In this document: positions 1 through 9,590 of the stretch, in pieces
How the letters are laid out: each line of letters starts with the position of its first letter
Position numbering within the stretch: the stretch's first letter is position 1
Assembly (NCBI GenBank): GCA_963674945.2
Contig: CAXXWQ010000003.1
Span: forward strand, 128,001-192,000
Reading direction: 5' to 3'
Length of the DNA: 64,000 bases
Source of the DNA: an uncultured Desulfosarcina sp.
GTDB lineage: Bacteria > Desulfobacterota > Desulfobacteria > Desulfobacterales > Desulfosarcinaceae
Notes under the pieces: model-generated
Seen by the model: the letters and a program-made list of their open reading frames with translations, nothing else
The model's database searches: none
Told to the model about the DNA's origin: nothing
Position numbers and translations under genes: made by a program

Positions 1-1
1 G

Positions 2-277
2 GCGGCGTACCGAATAACCCAAGAGGCGCTCACCAATGTTGCCCGTCATGCCGATGCCGGCAAGGTGGAAGTAATGCTGAATTACGGGCAAAACCGGTTG
101 ATCCTTTCGGTTGTTGATAATGGTTGCGGATTCAAAACCGAGATTCTGTCGGATTCCGAAGGTCTTGGTGTGGCCGGCATGCGCGAACGTGCCGGCCTGG
201 CCGGCGGCGTCCTTGAAGTTGAATCCCAACCGGATCAGGGAACCCGTATCCATTTCAAAGTGCCCTTTGAACATTGA
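2..277 (+). CDS. Sensor histidine kinase, NarX/UhpB type, C-terminal HATPase fragment (5'-partial)
   Basis: Frame open from the window edge: YRITQEALTNVARHA (N box), DNGCGF (G1), GLGVAGMRERA (G2), GTRI; directly upstream of a NarL-type regulator. Confidence 0.9.
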   Translation, partial: AAYRITQEALTNVARHADAGKVEVMLNYGQNRLILSVVDNGCGFKTEILSDSEGLGVAGMRERAGLAGGVLEVESQPDQGTRIHFKVPFEH

Positions 278-320
278 CATCCGAATAGTATGAAACCTAC
301 TATCTTATTGGGAGTACGTA

Positions 321-959
321 ATGATCAAAGTTTTATTGGCGGATGACCATAGTCTTGTTCGCGCCGGTCTCCGGCGTCTTATTGAAGAATGCAAAGATAT
401 GGAAGTGGTAACCGAAGCAACCGATGGCAGAGAAGCGATTAAGAAAGCTCGGGAGAATTTACCTGATGTTGCCGTCATTGATATTTCCATGCCGGGTATG
501 GATGGATTGGAAGCCATCCGTCAGCTTCTCAACTCTTATCCGAACTTACCGATCCTCGTTTTAACCATGTACGAAGAAGAGCAATTTGTGGTTCGTGCGA
601 TTGAAGCGGGCGCCATGGGATATATAACCAAAAAGTCAGCACCGGAGAAGCTCGTTAAAGCCATCCGCATGGTGCATACGGGCCAGCGTTATTTGGATTC
701 CGGAGCTGCCGAATTGCTTGCGCTCAGGATCGCCAGGGGGGCAAATGGCAAAACTGCGCTGGATTCTTTGTCCACCAGAGAGCTTCAGGTGCTCAGGAAA
801 TTAGCCCAGGGCCGGACCAACCGTGAAATCGCAGAAGCCTACTGCATCAGCGTTAAAACGGTCGACACCTATCGATACCGCCTTTTAAAGAAACTTAATT
901 TACGAAACAATGCCGAACTGTCGCGTTTTGCCATCCAAAACCGTCTGATTGAATCGTGA
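321..959 (+). CDS. NarL/LuxR-family response regulator (REC + LuxR HTH)
   Basis: LADDH, DISMPGMDG, C-terminal LSTRELQVL...SVKTVDTYR; GGGAG RBS. Confidence 0.95.
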   Translation: MIKVLLADDHSLVRAGLRRLIEECKDMEVVTEATDGREAIKKARENLPDVAVIDISMPGMDGLEAIRQLLNSYPNLPILVLTMYEEEQFVVRAIEAGAMGYITKKSAPEKLVKAIRMVHTGQRYLDSGAAELLALRIARGANGKTALDSLSTRELQVLRKLAQGRTNREIAEAYCISVKTVDTYRYRLLKKLNLRNNAELSRFAIQNRLIES

Positions 960-1246
960 CATCATCACAATCAGAAGGCACTTCCTTTGTAAGAAAAACT
1001 ACTACAACAAAATCAGAAATAGTCCAATTGATCGCCCCTTTTTGTTCTGTTAGTGTCAGATACGCTAATCAGAATATCGCATGAGTCCGCGGCGTAATCC
1101 GGATCTTTCCCGAACAGCGATGCAACCATTACTCTATTAGCAGTCACGATACATCGCATGAGAATGGAAAAATGAGTTTCTTTCGTAATACCGTTTGGTC
1201 ATCTATGGCCTGGAAAAGATTTTTACGAAGTGTGCAGGGAGGTTCC

Positions 1247-2449
1247 ATGAAATCATTAGGCAAACTCATCGGCTGCTTTCTTATCTCGATGCTTTGCAAT
1301 GGAGTTATTACTACCGGTGAAATTTGTGAGGCTTCTGAACCGCTGGTTGTTGGCATACTCCATTCGGAAGCATATACTTATGCAACAATGATGAAAAACT
1401 CATTTGAGATGGCCGAAACGGTCGTGAATAGCCAAGGCGGCATCAAGGGCCGTCCGCTCAAACTTGTGTACGCAAACGATCAGGGTAACCAGAGGCAAGG
1501 TGAAAAAGCCGTTGCGGATCTGGTGAAAAAAACCAAGGCCGTCATGCTGGTAGGAGCGTATCAAAGCAGTAATACCATCCACATGGCCAGAGTGGCCAAT
1601 AAACTTGACAAGCCGCTTCTCGTTTGTACGGCTGCCGATGACCGTATTACCCAACGGAAATGGCAAAACGTTTATCGGCTGAATCCTCCCGCCAAAGGCT
1701 ATACCAATGGGTTGGAAGATCTCTTTCTGAAAAAAATCAAACCGAAATCCATGGCCATCGTTTACGAAAACAGTCCCTATGGCACCGGTGTTGCGGAACG
1801 AATGATGTGGTTCTGCCGGGAGAACGATATCGATATAACTGCCATCGAGCCCTATCACAAAGAAAGGCTTCGAGAAGACTATTTCCAAAAAATTGTCGAT
1901 CGATTGAAAGAGGAACCACCCGATGTGATATATATGGTATCCTACCTCAAGGATGCGGCGTTACTGGTCAAAACGATCCGACAGTCAAATCTGAACTCCT
2001 TGCTGGTGGGTAGTGCCGGCGGTTTTACGAGTCAGAAGTTCATCGATACGGCCGGAAACGATGCAACGCATCTGTTGACCGCAACACTGTGGACGCCCTG
2101 TTTGAAGTATCCGGGTGCAAAGGCCTACTATGACCTATATATTGAAAAATATGCCTCGCCACCAGACTATCATGGCGCCGAGGCTTACTCAGCCCTGTTG
2201 GTTGCAGCCGATGTATTGAAACGGACTGATTCATATGATGCGGCGAGTATCCGCAGGGCCCTGGACAACACCCACCTGATCACTCCTTTCGGACCGGTCC
2301 AGTTTATATCCTACGAAAAATTTGAGAGACAGAATCGTCTGCCCGCGCAGGTTCTGCAAATTATCGACGGCAAATTCGAGTGTGTATGGCCTGAAACCCT
2401 TGCAGTTTCAAGTTTCATCCCGCCATCCGACTGGCGTGTCGCTGATTAG
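1247..2449 (+). CDS. LivJ/branched-chain amino acid-type ABC substrate-binding protein
   Basis: Signal-like N-terminus, GGIKGRPLKLVYAND, YRLNPP, TPFGPVQF; GGAGG RBS before ATG 1247. Confidence 0.85.
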   Translation: MKSLGKLIGCFLISMLCNGVITTGEICEASEPLVVGILHSEAYTYATMMKNSFEMAETVVNSQGGIKGRPLKLVYANDQGNQRQGEKAVADLVKKTKAVMLVGAYQSSNTIHMARVANKLDKPLLVCTAADDRITQRKWQNVYRLNPPAKGYTNGLEDLFLKKIKPKSMAIVYENSPYGTGVAERMMWFCRENDIDITAIEPYHKERLREDYFQKIVDRLKEEPPDVIYMVSYLKDAALLVKTIRQSNLNSLLVGSAGGFTSQKFIDTAGNDATHLLTATLWTPCLKYPGAKAYYDLYIEKYASPPDYHGAEAYSALLVAADVLKRTDSYDAASIRRALDNTHLITPFGPVQFISYEKFERQNRLPAQVLQIIDGKFECVWPETLAVSSFIPPSDWRVAD

Positions 2450-2550
2450 AAAATAGGACATGCCGCGCCCATTGGAAGGAGGTGGTTGAACAATCAACAG
2501 CTATTATAGAAAAAATCACTTTTATACGTATATTTTATAGGAGATTTATA

Positions 2551-3525
2551 ATGAAAAACAGATTTTTCATCATAGTTGTAAGCGTTTGCGCGGCATTCGC
2601 GCTGACCATTGCCTTCGCGACCGAATCACATGCCCGTAAAAAACGTATCATTTTCGGTGGGGGGCCGGCCGGTGGAACATTTCAGGTAGTAGCCAACGGC
2701 ATTCAGGTATATGGCCCTGTGAAAGCGATGGAAGAAATTAGCGTAAAAGCGCAAACCTCCGCCGGTTCAGTGGAAAACCTGCGAAAGACGAATGCCGGCC
2801 GCCAACAGATGAGTGTGGTCTATTCCGGGCATGTCTGGCTGGGCCGAAACGGCATGATGAAAGGCGACAAAAAGAAATATGAAAATGTGCTGGCCGTGGC
2901 CTGGTTGTATGGTGCGCCGGCACAGTTGGTGGTTCGACAAAGCGCGGGTATCAAAAGCGTCAAAGATCTGGTTGGAAAAAAGGTGGGTGTCGGCAATGCC
3001 GGCTCCGGCGCCTTTGCCAATTGCGAGCTGTTCTTCAGCCATATGGGCGTCTGGGATAAGATTGAGCGCAATGCCATGGGGTATAACGATGCCGCCGCCG
3101 CCTTTGGGAACCGGCAGTTGGATGCCTTCTGGCTGTTTACGGCGTTCCCCAGCGGTGCGGTCATTATGGCGGCCCAAACGAATAAAATTAATCTGATTGA
3201 CCTGGGGGCGGATGCCGAAGAATCTGGATTTTTCAAGAAATATCCATATTTTGGAAAACTTTCTGTTCCAGTCGGCACTTACAGGGGTGTCGATACCAAC
3301 ATACCTTCATTCCAGGATAGTGCCCTGTGGGTGGCCAATTCCAAGACTCCTGCGGATGTCGTTTACAAGCTTCTTTCAACGATTTACACGGATGAAGGCC
3401 TCAAACACATGGTCAGCCAGAAAAAAACCTTTAAAAATATGAGCCTGGACACCGGCGCCACCAATATCGTCACGCCGTTTCATCCCGGAGCCACACAGTT
3501 CTGGAAGGAGAAAGGCAAGATGTAA
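2551..3525 (+). CDS. TAXI-family TRAP solute-binding protein
   Basis: GGPAGGTF, SAGSVEN, VGNAGSG, PFHPGA; signal peptide; AGGAGA RBS. Confidence 0.92.
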   Translation: MKNRFFIIVVSVCAAFALTIAFATESHARKKRIIFGGGPAGGTFQVVANGIQVYGPVKAMEEISVKAQTSAGSVENLRKTNAGRQQMSVVYSGHVWLGRNGMMKGDKKKYENVLAVAWLYGAPAQLVVRQSAGIKSVKDLVGKKVGVGNAGSGAFANCELFFSHMGVWDKIERNAMGYNDAAAAFGNRQLDAFWLFTAFPSGAVIMAAQTNKINLIDLGADAEESGFFKKYPYFGKLSVPVGTYRGVDTNIPSFQDSALWVANSKTPADVVYKLLSTIYTDEGLKHMVSQKKTFKNMSLDTGATNIVTPFHPGATQFWKEKGKM

Positions 3526-3600
3526 GGATGATCTCCAAATTCGTTGGGGTAAAAGGACGGGATAAAGGCCTAAGGAAATTTCAAATATGGGGGTAAAAAA

Positions 3601-5331
3601 GTGTACGAAAAGTTAAATAAATTTGAAAAAATCGTATTTGATGTCCTATCCGTCTGTCTCGTCCTTTTTTACTCCTATTCGGCTGTATTACAACCCGCCT
3701 CGACGCAGTATCATCGTGGGATTTACGTCATCATTACCTATGTCCTCGTTTTTCTGCTCTACAAATCAAGGCATAAGCTGCTGCGAATACTCGACTATGT
3801 GCTCATTTTTCTTTCCATTTTCTGCATCGGATACTGGATACTCAATTTCGAAGCCATCAACTACCGCACAGGAGCGGAGACGCCCTTCGACATGGCCGTG
3901 GCCATCGTCGGGGTGCTGATCGGCATCGAACTGGCCCGACGGGTGGTGGGCAATGTATTTGTTATCATTGGCGTGGTGATGCTGGCTTACGGGGTCTATG
4001 GTGATTATGCCCCCGAGCTTTTTTCCCATGCGGGCGATACCTTTCCGGGGGTGTGTACCAGCATTTTCTATAAAAGCGACGGTGTATTCGGCATTATGGC
4101 CAATGTACTGGCGACCTATGTGATTTTGTTTGTGCTTTTCGGAGCCTTTTTGGAAAAATCCGGAGCCCAGCGGTTTTTTATCGATTACCCTTTGGCCGCT
4201 GTCGGGCACCGAATCGGAGGCCCGGCAAAAGTCTCCGTTATCGCCAGTGGTCTGTTCGGCTCCATTTCCGGCAGCGCCATTGCCAACACGGTTTCCACCG
4301 GGGCATTCACCATACCCATGATGAAAAAAGCCGGATTCAAACCGCATATTGCCGGCGGTATCGAACCAGCGGCCTCCATTTCAGGAATGTTTATGCCCCC
4401 GATCATGGGTGCCGGCGGTTTTATTATGGCGGAACTCACCGGTGTCCCCTATTCCAAAATCATGCTGGTGGCCATTTACCCTGCCATTATGTATGTTTTC
4501 AGCGTATTCATTATGGTGCATTACGAGGCCAAGAAGCATAATATCAGGGGAGAAAAGAGTGAGCACAGTGCCAGCCAGATCCTCAAAACAGAGTGGTACT
4601 ATACCTTGCCGCTGGTCATCATTACCTTTCTCATGCTGGCAGGCTTCTCGCCGGGTTACTCGGCCATTTTGGGCATCGTCACCTGTATCGTCATCAGCTG
4701 GTTCAAAAAAGATACGCGCATTACCCCCAAACGATTCGTGGAAGCGTCCCGGGCAGGCACTGAAAATGGCCTCAAAATCGGTGCCACGGTGGGAGTCATC
4801 GGCATCATCATTGGCGTGCTCACCTTTAGCGGTTTGGTGCTCACCTTTGCCGATATCGTTATCGAACTGGCCGGTGGATCTTTGCTGCTAACCATTGTAT
4901 TGATTGCCCTGGCATCGCTGGTGCTGGGAATGGGCGTACCGGTTACCGCCGCCTATCTGATCACCGCGGTCGTTGCCGTGCCGGCCCTGATCCATCTCGG
5001 CGTAAATGAGATCGCGGCCCATATGATCGTATACTGGCTTTCGCAGGATTCCAATATTACCCCGCCGGTATGCATCGCTGCTTTTGCAGGCGCCACCATC
5101 GCCAAAGCCAATATGTGGAAAACCGCTTGGGCTTCGTTCAAGTTTGCCAAATTCCTGTATCTGGGACCGATTCTATTCGGCTATGTCCCTGGTTTCTCCC
5201 TGGACGGTAGCGCCTGGGATATCGCAAAGGCCTTTGTGTTGATTCTCTTCGGCACCTACCTCTACTCCTATATATTGAGCGGAATATGGTTTAAATATTT
5301 AAAGCGGTCTAAGAAAGAAGCCACTGTCTGA
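3601..5331 (+). CDS. TRAP transporter fused permease (4TM/12TM, TAXI-associated)
   Basis: Highly hydrophobic; GGPAKV, SGSAIAN, MPPIMGAGGF, LGMGVP, ITPPV; GTG start. Confidence 0.92.
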   Translation: MYEKLNKFEKIVFDVLSVCLVLFYSYSAVLQPASTQYHRGIYVIITYVLVFLLYKSRHKLLRILDYVLIFLSIFCIGYWILNFEAINYRTGAETPFDMAVAIVGVLIGIELARRVVGNVFVIIGVVMLAYGVYGDYAPELFSHAGDTFPGVCTSIFYKSDGVFGIMANVLATYVILFVLFGAFLEKSGAQRFFIDYPLAAVGHRIGGPAKVSVIASGLFGSISGSAIANTVSTGAFTIPMMKKAGFKPHIAGGIEPAASISGMFMPPIMGAGGFIMAELTGVPYSKIMLVAIYPAIMYVFSVFIMVHYEAKKHNIRGEKSEHSASQILKTEWYYTLPLVIITFLMLAGFSPGYSAILGIVTCIVISWFKKDTRITPKRFVEASRAGTENGLKIGATVGVIGIIIGVLTFSGLVLTFADIVIELAGGSLLLTIVLIALASLVLGMGVPVTAAYLITAVVAVPALIHLGVNEIAAHMIVYWLSQDSNITPPVCIAAFAGATIAKANMWKTAWASFKFAKFLYLGPILFGYVPGFSLDGSAWDIAKAFVLILFGTYLYSYILSGIWFKYLKRSKKEATV

Positions 5332-5381
5332 TTGATTTTTTGATTTCAGACATTTTCCCTTGTGTATGAAGAGGCGTAGAA

Positions 5382-5915
5382 ATGGCACTACCAAAAATTG
5401 AGGTCAAAAAAATATTGTATGCGACGGACCTTTCTGAAAATGCCCGCTTTGCGTTTGCATACGCAGTGAGCCTGGCCAAACTTTACGGTGCAAACATCAC
5501 CCTGCTACATATACTGCCGGAAGGTTCGGAACTGATGGAAAAGCACATCATCGGATATATTGATCCCGGCAAATGGGAGGAGATAAAGACGCGGCATTTC
5601 GATGAAGCCCGCAAGGCGCTTATCGGGAAACGTAGAGACCATCTGGCCGTCAGAGAGGTGCTGCATCATTTCAGTGAGAAATCAATGAAATCCGAAGACA
5701 ACGAAGGAATTGGCTCAGGCGAAATCATTGTGGAAAGAGGAAATCCGGTCGAAGAAATCATTAATCAGTCTAGGAAGCAAAATTGTGATCTGATTGTGAT
5801 GGGTACCCACGGACACGGCACGCTGGAAGATGCGATGATTGGAAACACAGCACGGCGTGTGATTCGGCGTTCCAAAATACCGGTCCTGGTGGTGAGATTG
5901 CCGGAAGAATATTAG
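5382..5915 (+). CDS. Universal stress protein (UspA family)
   Basis: KILYATDLS, DLIVMGTHG, IGNTARRVIRRSKIPVLVV. Confidence 0.93.
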   Translation: MALPKIEVKKILYATDLSENARFAFAYAVSLAKLYGANITLLHILPEGSELMEKHIIGYIDPGKWEEIKTRHFDEARKALIGKRRDHLAVREVLHHFSEKSMKSEDNEGIGSGEIIVERGNPVEEIINQSRKQNCDLIVMGTHGHGTLEDAMIGNTARRVIRRSKIPVLVVRLPEEY

Positions 5916-6889
5916 ATGATTTCACGTATGGCTGATATCAGATTCTCCTCATTTGGGATATAGAAAGTTTCCAGAGGCGGACTGGATGGGACGGGGATGT
6001 CCGGTCCCGCTACTCGCTTCAAAGGCGCTTTCAGACTTGACAATGCCTCCTCCATGACGATTGCCGAGATCTCGCCGGCGAATCCTCCCGTGCGGTTCGC
6101 CTCATGGATCACAACCAGACGTCCGGTTTTTCGAACCGATGCGAGTATGGGCTCTCTGTCCAGTGGCGCCAACGTACGCACATCCACGATTTCTACGTCC
6201 ACGCCCTCCTGCGAGAGTTGATCGGCCGCTCTCATCGCCACACCCACCATGCTGGACCATGCGACTACGGTGACGTCTTTTCCCTGTCGTTTCACGTCAG
6301 CCTTGCCGATGGGAAGGAGAAACTCCTCCTCCGGAACCGGCCCCGGTTGAAAGTAAAGCCCCATGTTTTCGATGAATATGACGGGGTTGTCATCCCGAAT
6401 GGCGGACTTGAGCAGACCTTTGGCATCGGCCGGCGTCGAAGGCATCACCACCTTCAGACCCGGACAGTGCGCCGCCCAGGCTTCCAGATTATGCGAGTGT
6501 TGACACCCGGCCCCGTGGCCTGATCCATTTTTCATGCGCACGACTAGGGGAAACCTCGACTTTCCGCCGGAAAGGTATCTGAGCTTTGCGGCATGATTTA
6601 CGATCATGTCCGATGCGAGAGTGAAAAAGGGGTTAAACATGATTTCGACCACGGGCCTCAAACCTGCGGCGGCGGCCCCGACAGCCAGCCCAGCGATGGC
6701 CGCTTCCGATACCGGCGTGTCTTTCACTCTTTCCGGACCGAACTCTTTCAGCAATCCAAATGTAGGGAGCATTGGACTTTCCATGATGCCGACGCCGACA
6801 CCTTCGCCGGCGATGAATACACCGGAGTCCCTTTTCATTTCCTCTCTGAGGGCTTGATTGACAGCTTGTCCCATTCCTAATTGATTCAT
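5912..6889 (-). CDS. 2-oxoacid/acetoin dehydrogenase E1 beta subunit
   Basis: DTPVSEAAIAG, RPVVEIMF, QHSHNLEAW, PSTPADAKGLL, DVRTLAPLD. Confidence 0.92.
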   Translation of the reverse strand: MNQLGMGQAVNQALREEMKRDSGVFIAGEGVGVGIMESPMLPTFGLLKEFGPERVKDTPVSEAAIAGLAVGAAAAGLRPVVEIMFNPFFTLASDMIVNHAAKLRYLSGGKSRFPLVVRMKNGSGHGAGCQHSHNLEAWAAHCPGLKVVMPSTPADAKGLLKSAIRDDNPVIFIENMGLYFQPGPVPEEEFLLPIGKADVKRQGKDVTVVAWSSMVGVAMRAADQLSQEGVDVEIVDVRTLAPLDREPILASVRKTGRLVVIHEANRTGGFAGEISAIVMEEALSSLKAPLKRVAGPDIPVPSSPPLETFYIPNEENLISAIREII

Positions 6890-6936
6890 GGCGTTTTATC
6901 ACTTATTTATTGGTTTTTGGTGTCTGGATCTCTCAA

Positions 6937-7899
6937 TTAAACAAAGACGTCTTCCAACGCTTCCTCCGGATTTGGATAAGGGCTCTCCTCCGCGAATCGC
7001 ACAGCGTCTTCCACAATCTGGTTGACTTCCGCGTTCATCTTCTCGAGCTCTTTTTCGCTGATCAGCCCCTCGGCGAGCGCCTCGTCTCGCAGTCTCGGGA
7101 TTGGACATTTTTCCACCCATGCTGCGATCTCTTCCTTGGGTTGATAAAGCTGGGAATCGGCCTCACCGTGTCCATGGCAACGATACGTCTTGCATTCGAT
7201 CAGCGTCGGGCCCGCGCCGGAAACCGCCCGATTCCTTGCTTTGCATGCGACTTTGTAAACCGCCGTCGCGTCATTGCCGTCGACAATCTCTCCCGGCATG
7301 GCATAGGCAACGGCTCTGTCGGCGATATCTTTTACTTTGGTGTGCTCCTCAAGCCGTTGGGCGCCCGCATAAAGGTTATTTTCACAAACAAATATCACAG
7401 GAAGGTTCCAGAGGCTCGCAAGATTCAACGCTTCATGGAAAGAGCCTTCGTCTGCGGAGCCGTCTCCGAAGAAGCAGACCGTCACGCTATCCTCCTTCCG
7501 ATAATGTTGGGCGAAGGCCGTCCCAACGGAAATGGGAAGTCCACCACCCACCACGGTTGTCGTGCACAGGGCGTTGACTTCCGGTGCCGCGAGATGCAGC
7601 GTGCCGCTCTTCCCTTTGTTACAGCCCGTTTTCTTTCCGTAAATCTCGGCCATAAGGGTTTTGGGATCGGCACCTTTGGCCAGAAGATGGTTATGGCTCC
7701 TGTGGTTTGAAACGATGATATCCTGCGGCGCGAGAGCGGCGCAAACGCCTGATCCCACAGCCTCCTGTCCCGTGCACAGGATCATCATCCCGGGAATTTT
7801 ACCCTGAATTTTGCATAGTGCCGTCAGTTTATCTTCGAATTGACGGGAGAGGAGCATTGACCGAAGCATTTCGACTTTTTTCTCTTTGGTGACTTGCAT
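6937..7899 (-). CDS. TPP-dependent 2-oxoacid/acetoin dehydrogenase E1 alpha subunit
   Basis: GQEA, HRSH, TPP motif GDG...ENN, TYRCHGH; start placed at MQVTKEK. Confidence 0.92.
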   Translation of the reverse strand: MQVTKEKKVEMLRSMLLSRQFEDKLTALCKIQGKIPGMMILCTGQEAVGSGVCAALAPQDIIVSNHRSHNHLLAKGADPKTLMAEIYGKKTGCNKGKSGTLHLAAPEVNALCTTTVVGGGLPISVGTAFAQHYRKEDSVTVCFFGDGSADEGSFHEALNLASLWNLPVIFVCENNLYAGAQRLEEHTKVKDIADRAVAYAMPGEIVDGNDATAVYKVACKARNRAVSGAGPTLIECKTYRCHGHGEADSQLYQPKEEIAAWVEKCPIPRLRDEALAEGLISEKELEKMNAEVNQIVEDAVRFAEESPYPNPEEALEDVFV

Positions 7900-8036
7900 G
7901 ATTCTTCCTAGTAAGAAAAATTGTTTGATAAAATGTCGCCCTGTAGTAAAAACATTCCAGCGCAATTCTGTTCTTCGGAAATTTTATTACGTGGAAACGC
8001 ACCCAAGTAGTATGATCGAGCCATTGTAAGCATCGG

Positions 8037-8882
8037 TTAATCGCTCTCTCCCCAGACCTGCGCGCTGCGGGCTACCTTCTTGCGCACTGTTTCCCATTCT
8101 CCACTCACGTTGAACATGGATTCCGGTAGGGCCGCCAACATTTTTTTGTACAGAGACCAGGGGACCGTAAAGGTTAACTCATCGGTTTTCATATATTTCC
8201 TGGCCGAAGGGTCAAGACCTCCAAGTACAGCCTTCTCTATTCCTTGTTCCTTGTAATAGAGAGGCCAAGCGATCATGTTGGTACACCCTGCCCCAAAGGG
8301 AGAGGCCACGCAATCCACATCGCCGGTGGTGAAAGTCGTTTGGATGAAAAGACCGGTCAACACTTCGGGTCGTGCGAAAAAGATGACGAACTCCGGCTCC
8401 TCATTGTCGGTAAACAGAGAAAGCGGTTTAAAAATACAGTATTTTGCAGGAGCCTTGCGAGGATCGACCTTGGCGAGAAATTTCCTCATGGCTTCGGGCG
8501 AAGGCAAAAAACGCTCTCCATGCACTGGCGTACCACTGAACCCCGTGGTCACATAATGCTCAATGAATCTGACGTTGGGTTTCATCATGGAACAGTAGAA
8601 CACGCCTCCGGGGCATCCATATTCTTCCGAAGAAATGTAGGCGGCACGACGCTTTTTCCTCGCCAGCCAGATATTGCCCATGACGCAGGAAAAAGTCTTG
8701 AAAACCTCTTGCATATCCACCTTTCCCTGGTCTTCCAACTCGCGTGACATGGGTACGCCGGGCTTTGGCCCGAACGCTTTTTCGGGTTTGGTGTCATCGT
8801 AATATACGCCGAATGGCTCTTCGCTCAAACCGAGATGTTCAAGAAATTTGTTGTTGTCTTCGAGTATCGATTTTACGGTCAT
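8037..8882 (-). CDS. DUF169-family protein (Cys-containing, function unknown)
   Basis: SCVMG, YGCPGG, PFGAGC, GGLDPSAR, DELTFTVP resemble DUF169; GGGAGGG RBS before MTVKS. Confidence 0.75.
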   Translation of the reverse strand: MTVKSILEDNNKFLEHLGLSEEPFGVYYDDTKPEKAFGPKPGVPMSRELEDQGKVDMQEVFKTFSCVMGNIWLARKKRRAAYISSEEYGCPGGVFYCSMMKPNVRFIEHYVTTGFSGTPVHGERFLPSPEAMRKFLAKVDPRKAPAKYCIFKPLSLFTDNEEPEFVIFFARPEVLTGLFIQTTFTTGDVDCVASPFGAGCTNMIAWPLYYKEQGIEKAVLGGLDPSARKYMKTDELTFTVPWSLYKKMLAALPESMFNVSGEWETVRKKVARSAQVWGESD

Positions 8883-8992
8883 GGTATTTTCCCTCCCTTT
8901 TTGGGTAGTACTGCCGGGGTCATACGTGACGTGACAGTCATGGAATGAAAACCGAACGATAGGATCACATTCCATAATCCTGCCTCCATCAT

Positions 8993-9008
8993 GTTGTATA
9001 CGCAACTA
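8993..9008. promoter_or_regulatory. Candidate MarR operator, copy 1 (upstream of the DUF169 gene)
   Basis: GTTGTATACGCAACTA, a GTTG-N6-CAAC palindrome identical to 9483-9498. Confidence 0.65.
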
Positions 9009-9473
9009 TATTGACTGGTTTTTTGTTCCTATGGCGGGGTCTCCTATGTTCGCTATGATTCTGGACAAAAACGATCGACAGACCAACCGTTCATCCTCGG
9101 TCATGCCGCGTTGCGCCTCCTCCAGAACGCCCCTCGCGATGGATGCGCAGCGCTCGGCCGTTTCCAGGGCCTTTGGTGTCGGTGACACGATTTTGTGTCT
9201 GTTGTCCCCGGGGAATTTCGTTCGTACGACCCAGCCACGCCTCTCAAGTCCGCCCACCAGACGGCTCACGCTGGATTTTTCGAGAAATAGCCGCTCGCCA
9301 AGCTGCCCCTGGGACATGGCATCACAATTGAGCAATAAAATAATTCCCCCCCATTGTTCGGCGGTCATCTCGATACCTGCTTCGTGGAACCGCTTGCCAA
9401 GCACATTGCTTAACAACCTGTTTACCAAGCCGGCCAGGTACCCCAAAGATTGATTATGGTCATATGAAAACAT
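9006..9473 (-). CDS. MarR-family transcriptional regulator
   Basis: SQGQLGERLFLEKSSVSRLVGGLERRGWV, DNR wing motif. Confidence 0.9.
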   Translation of the reverse strand: MFSYDHNQSLGYLAGLVNRLLSNVLGKRFHEAGIEMTAEQWGGIILLLNCDAMSQGQLGERLFLEKSSVSRLVGGLERRGWVVRTKFPGDNRHKIVSPTPKALETAERCASIARGVLEEAQRGMTEDERLVCRSFLSRIIANIGDPAIGTKNQSI

Positions 9474-9482
9474 CGTTTTTTG

Positions 9483-9498
9483 GTTGTATACGCAACTA
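9483..9498. promoter_or_regulatory. Candidate MarR operator, copy 2 (directly upstream of marR)
   Basis: Same 16-mer, 10 bp upstream of the marR start. Confidence 0.65.
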
Positions 9499-9590
9499 AA
9501 AAACAATGTCAAGTGCATTTTTGCCATCGCGAAAAAGATGAATTTGGAAAACGCTCTATAGGATTTGCATGTTTTGTCTTACGGCCGGCA

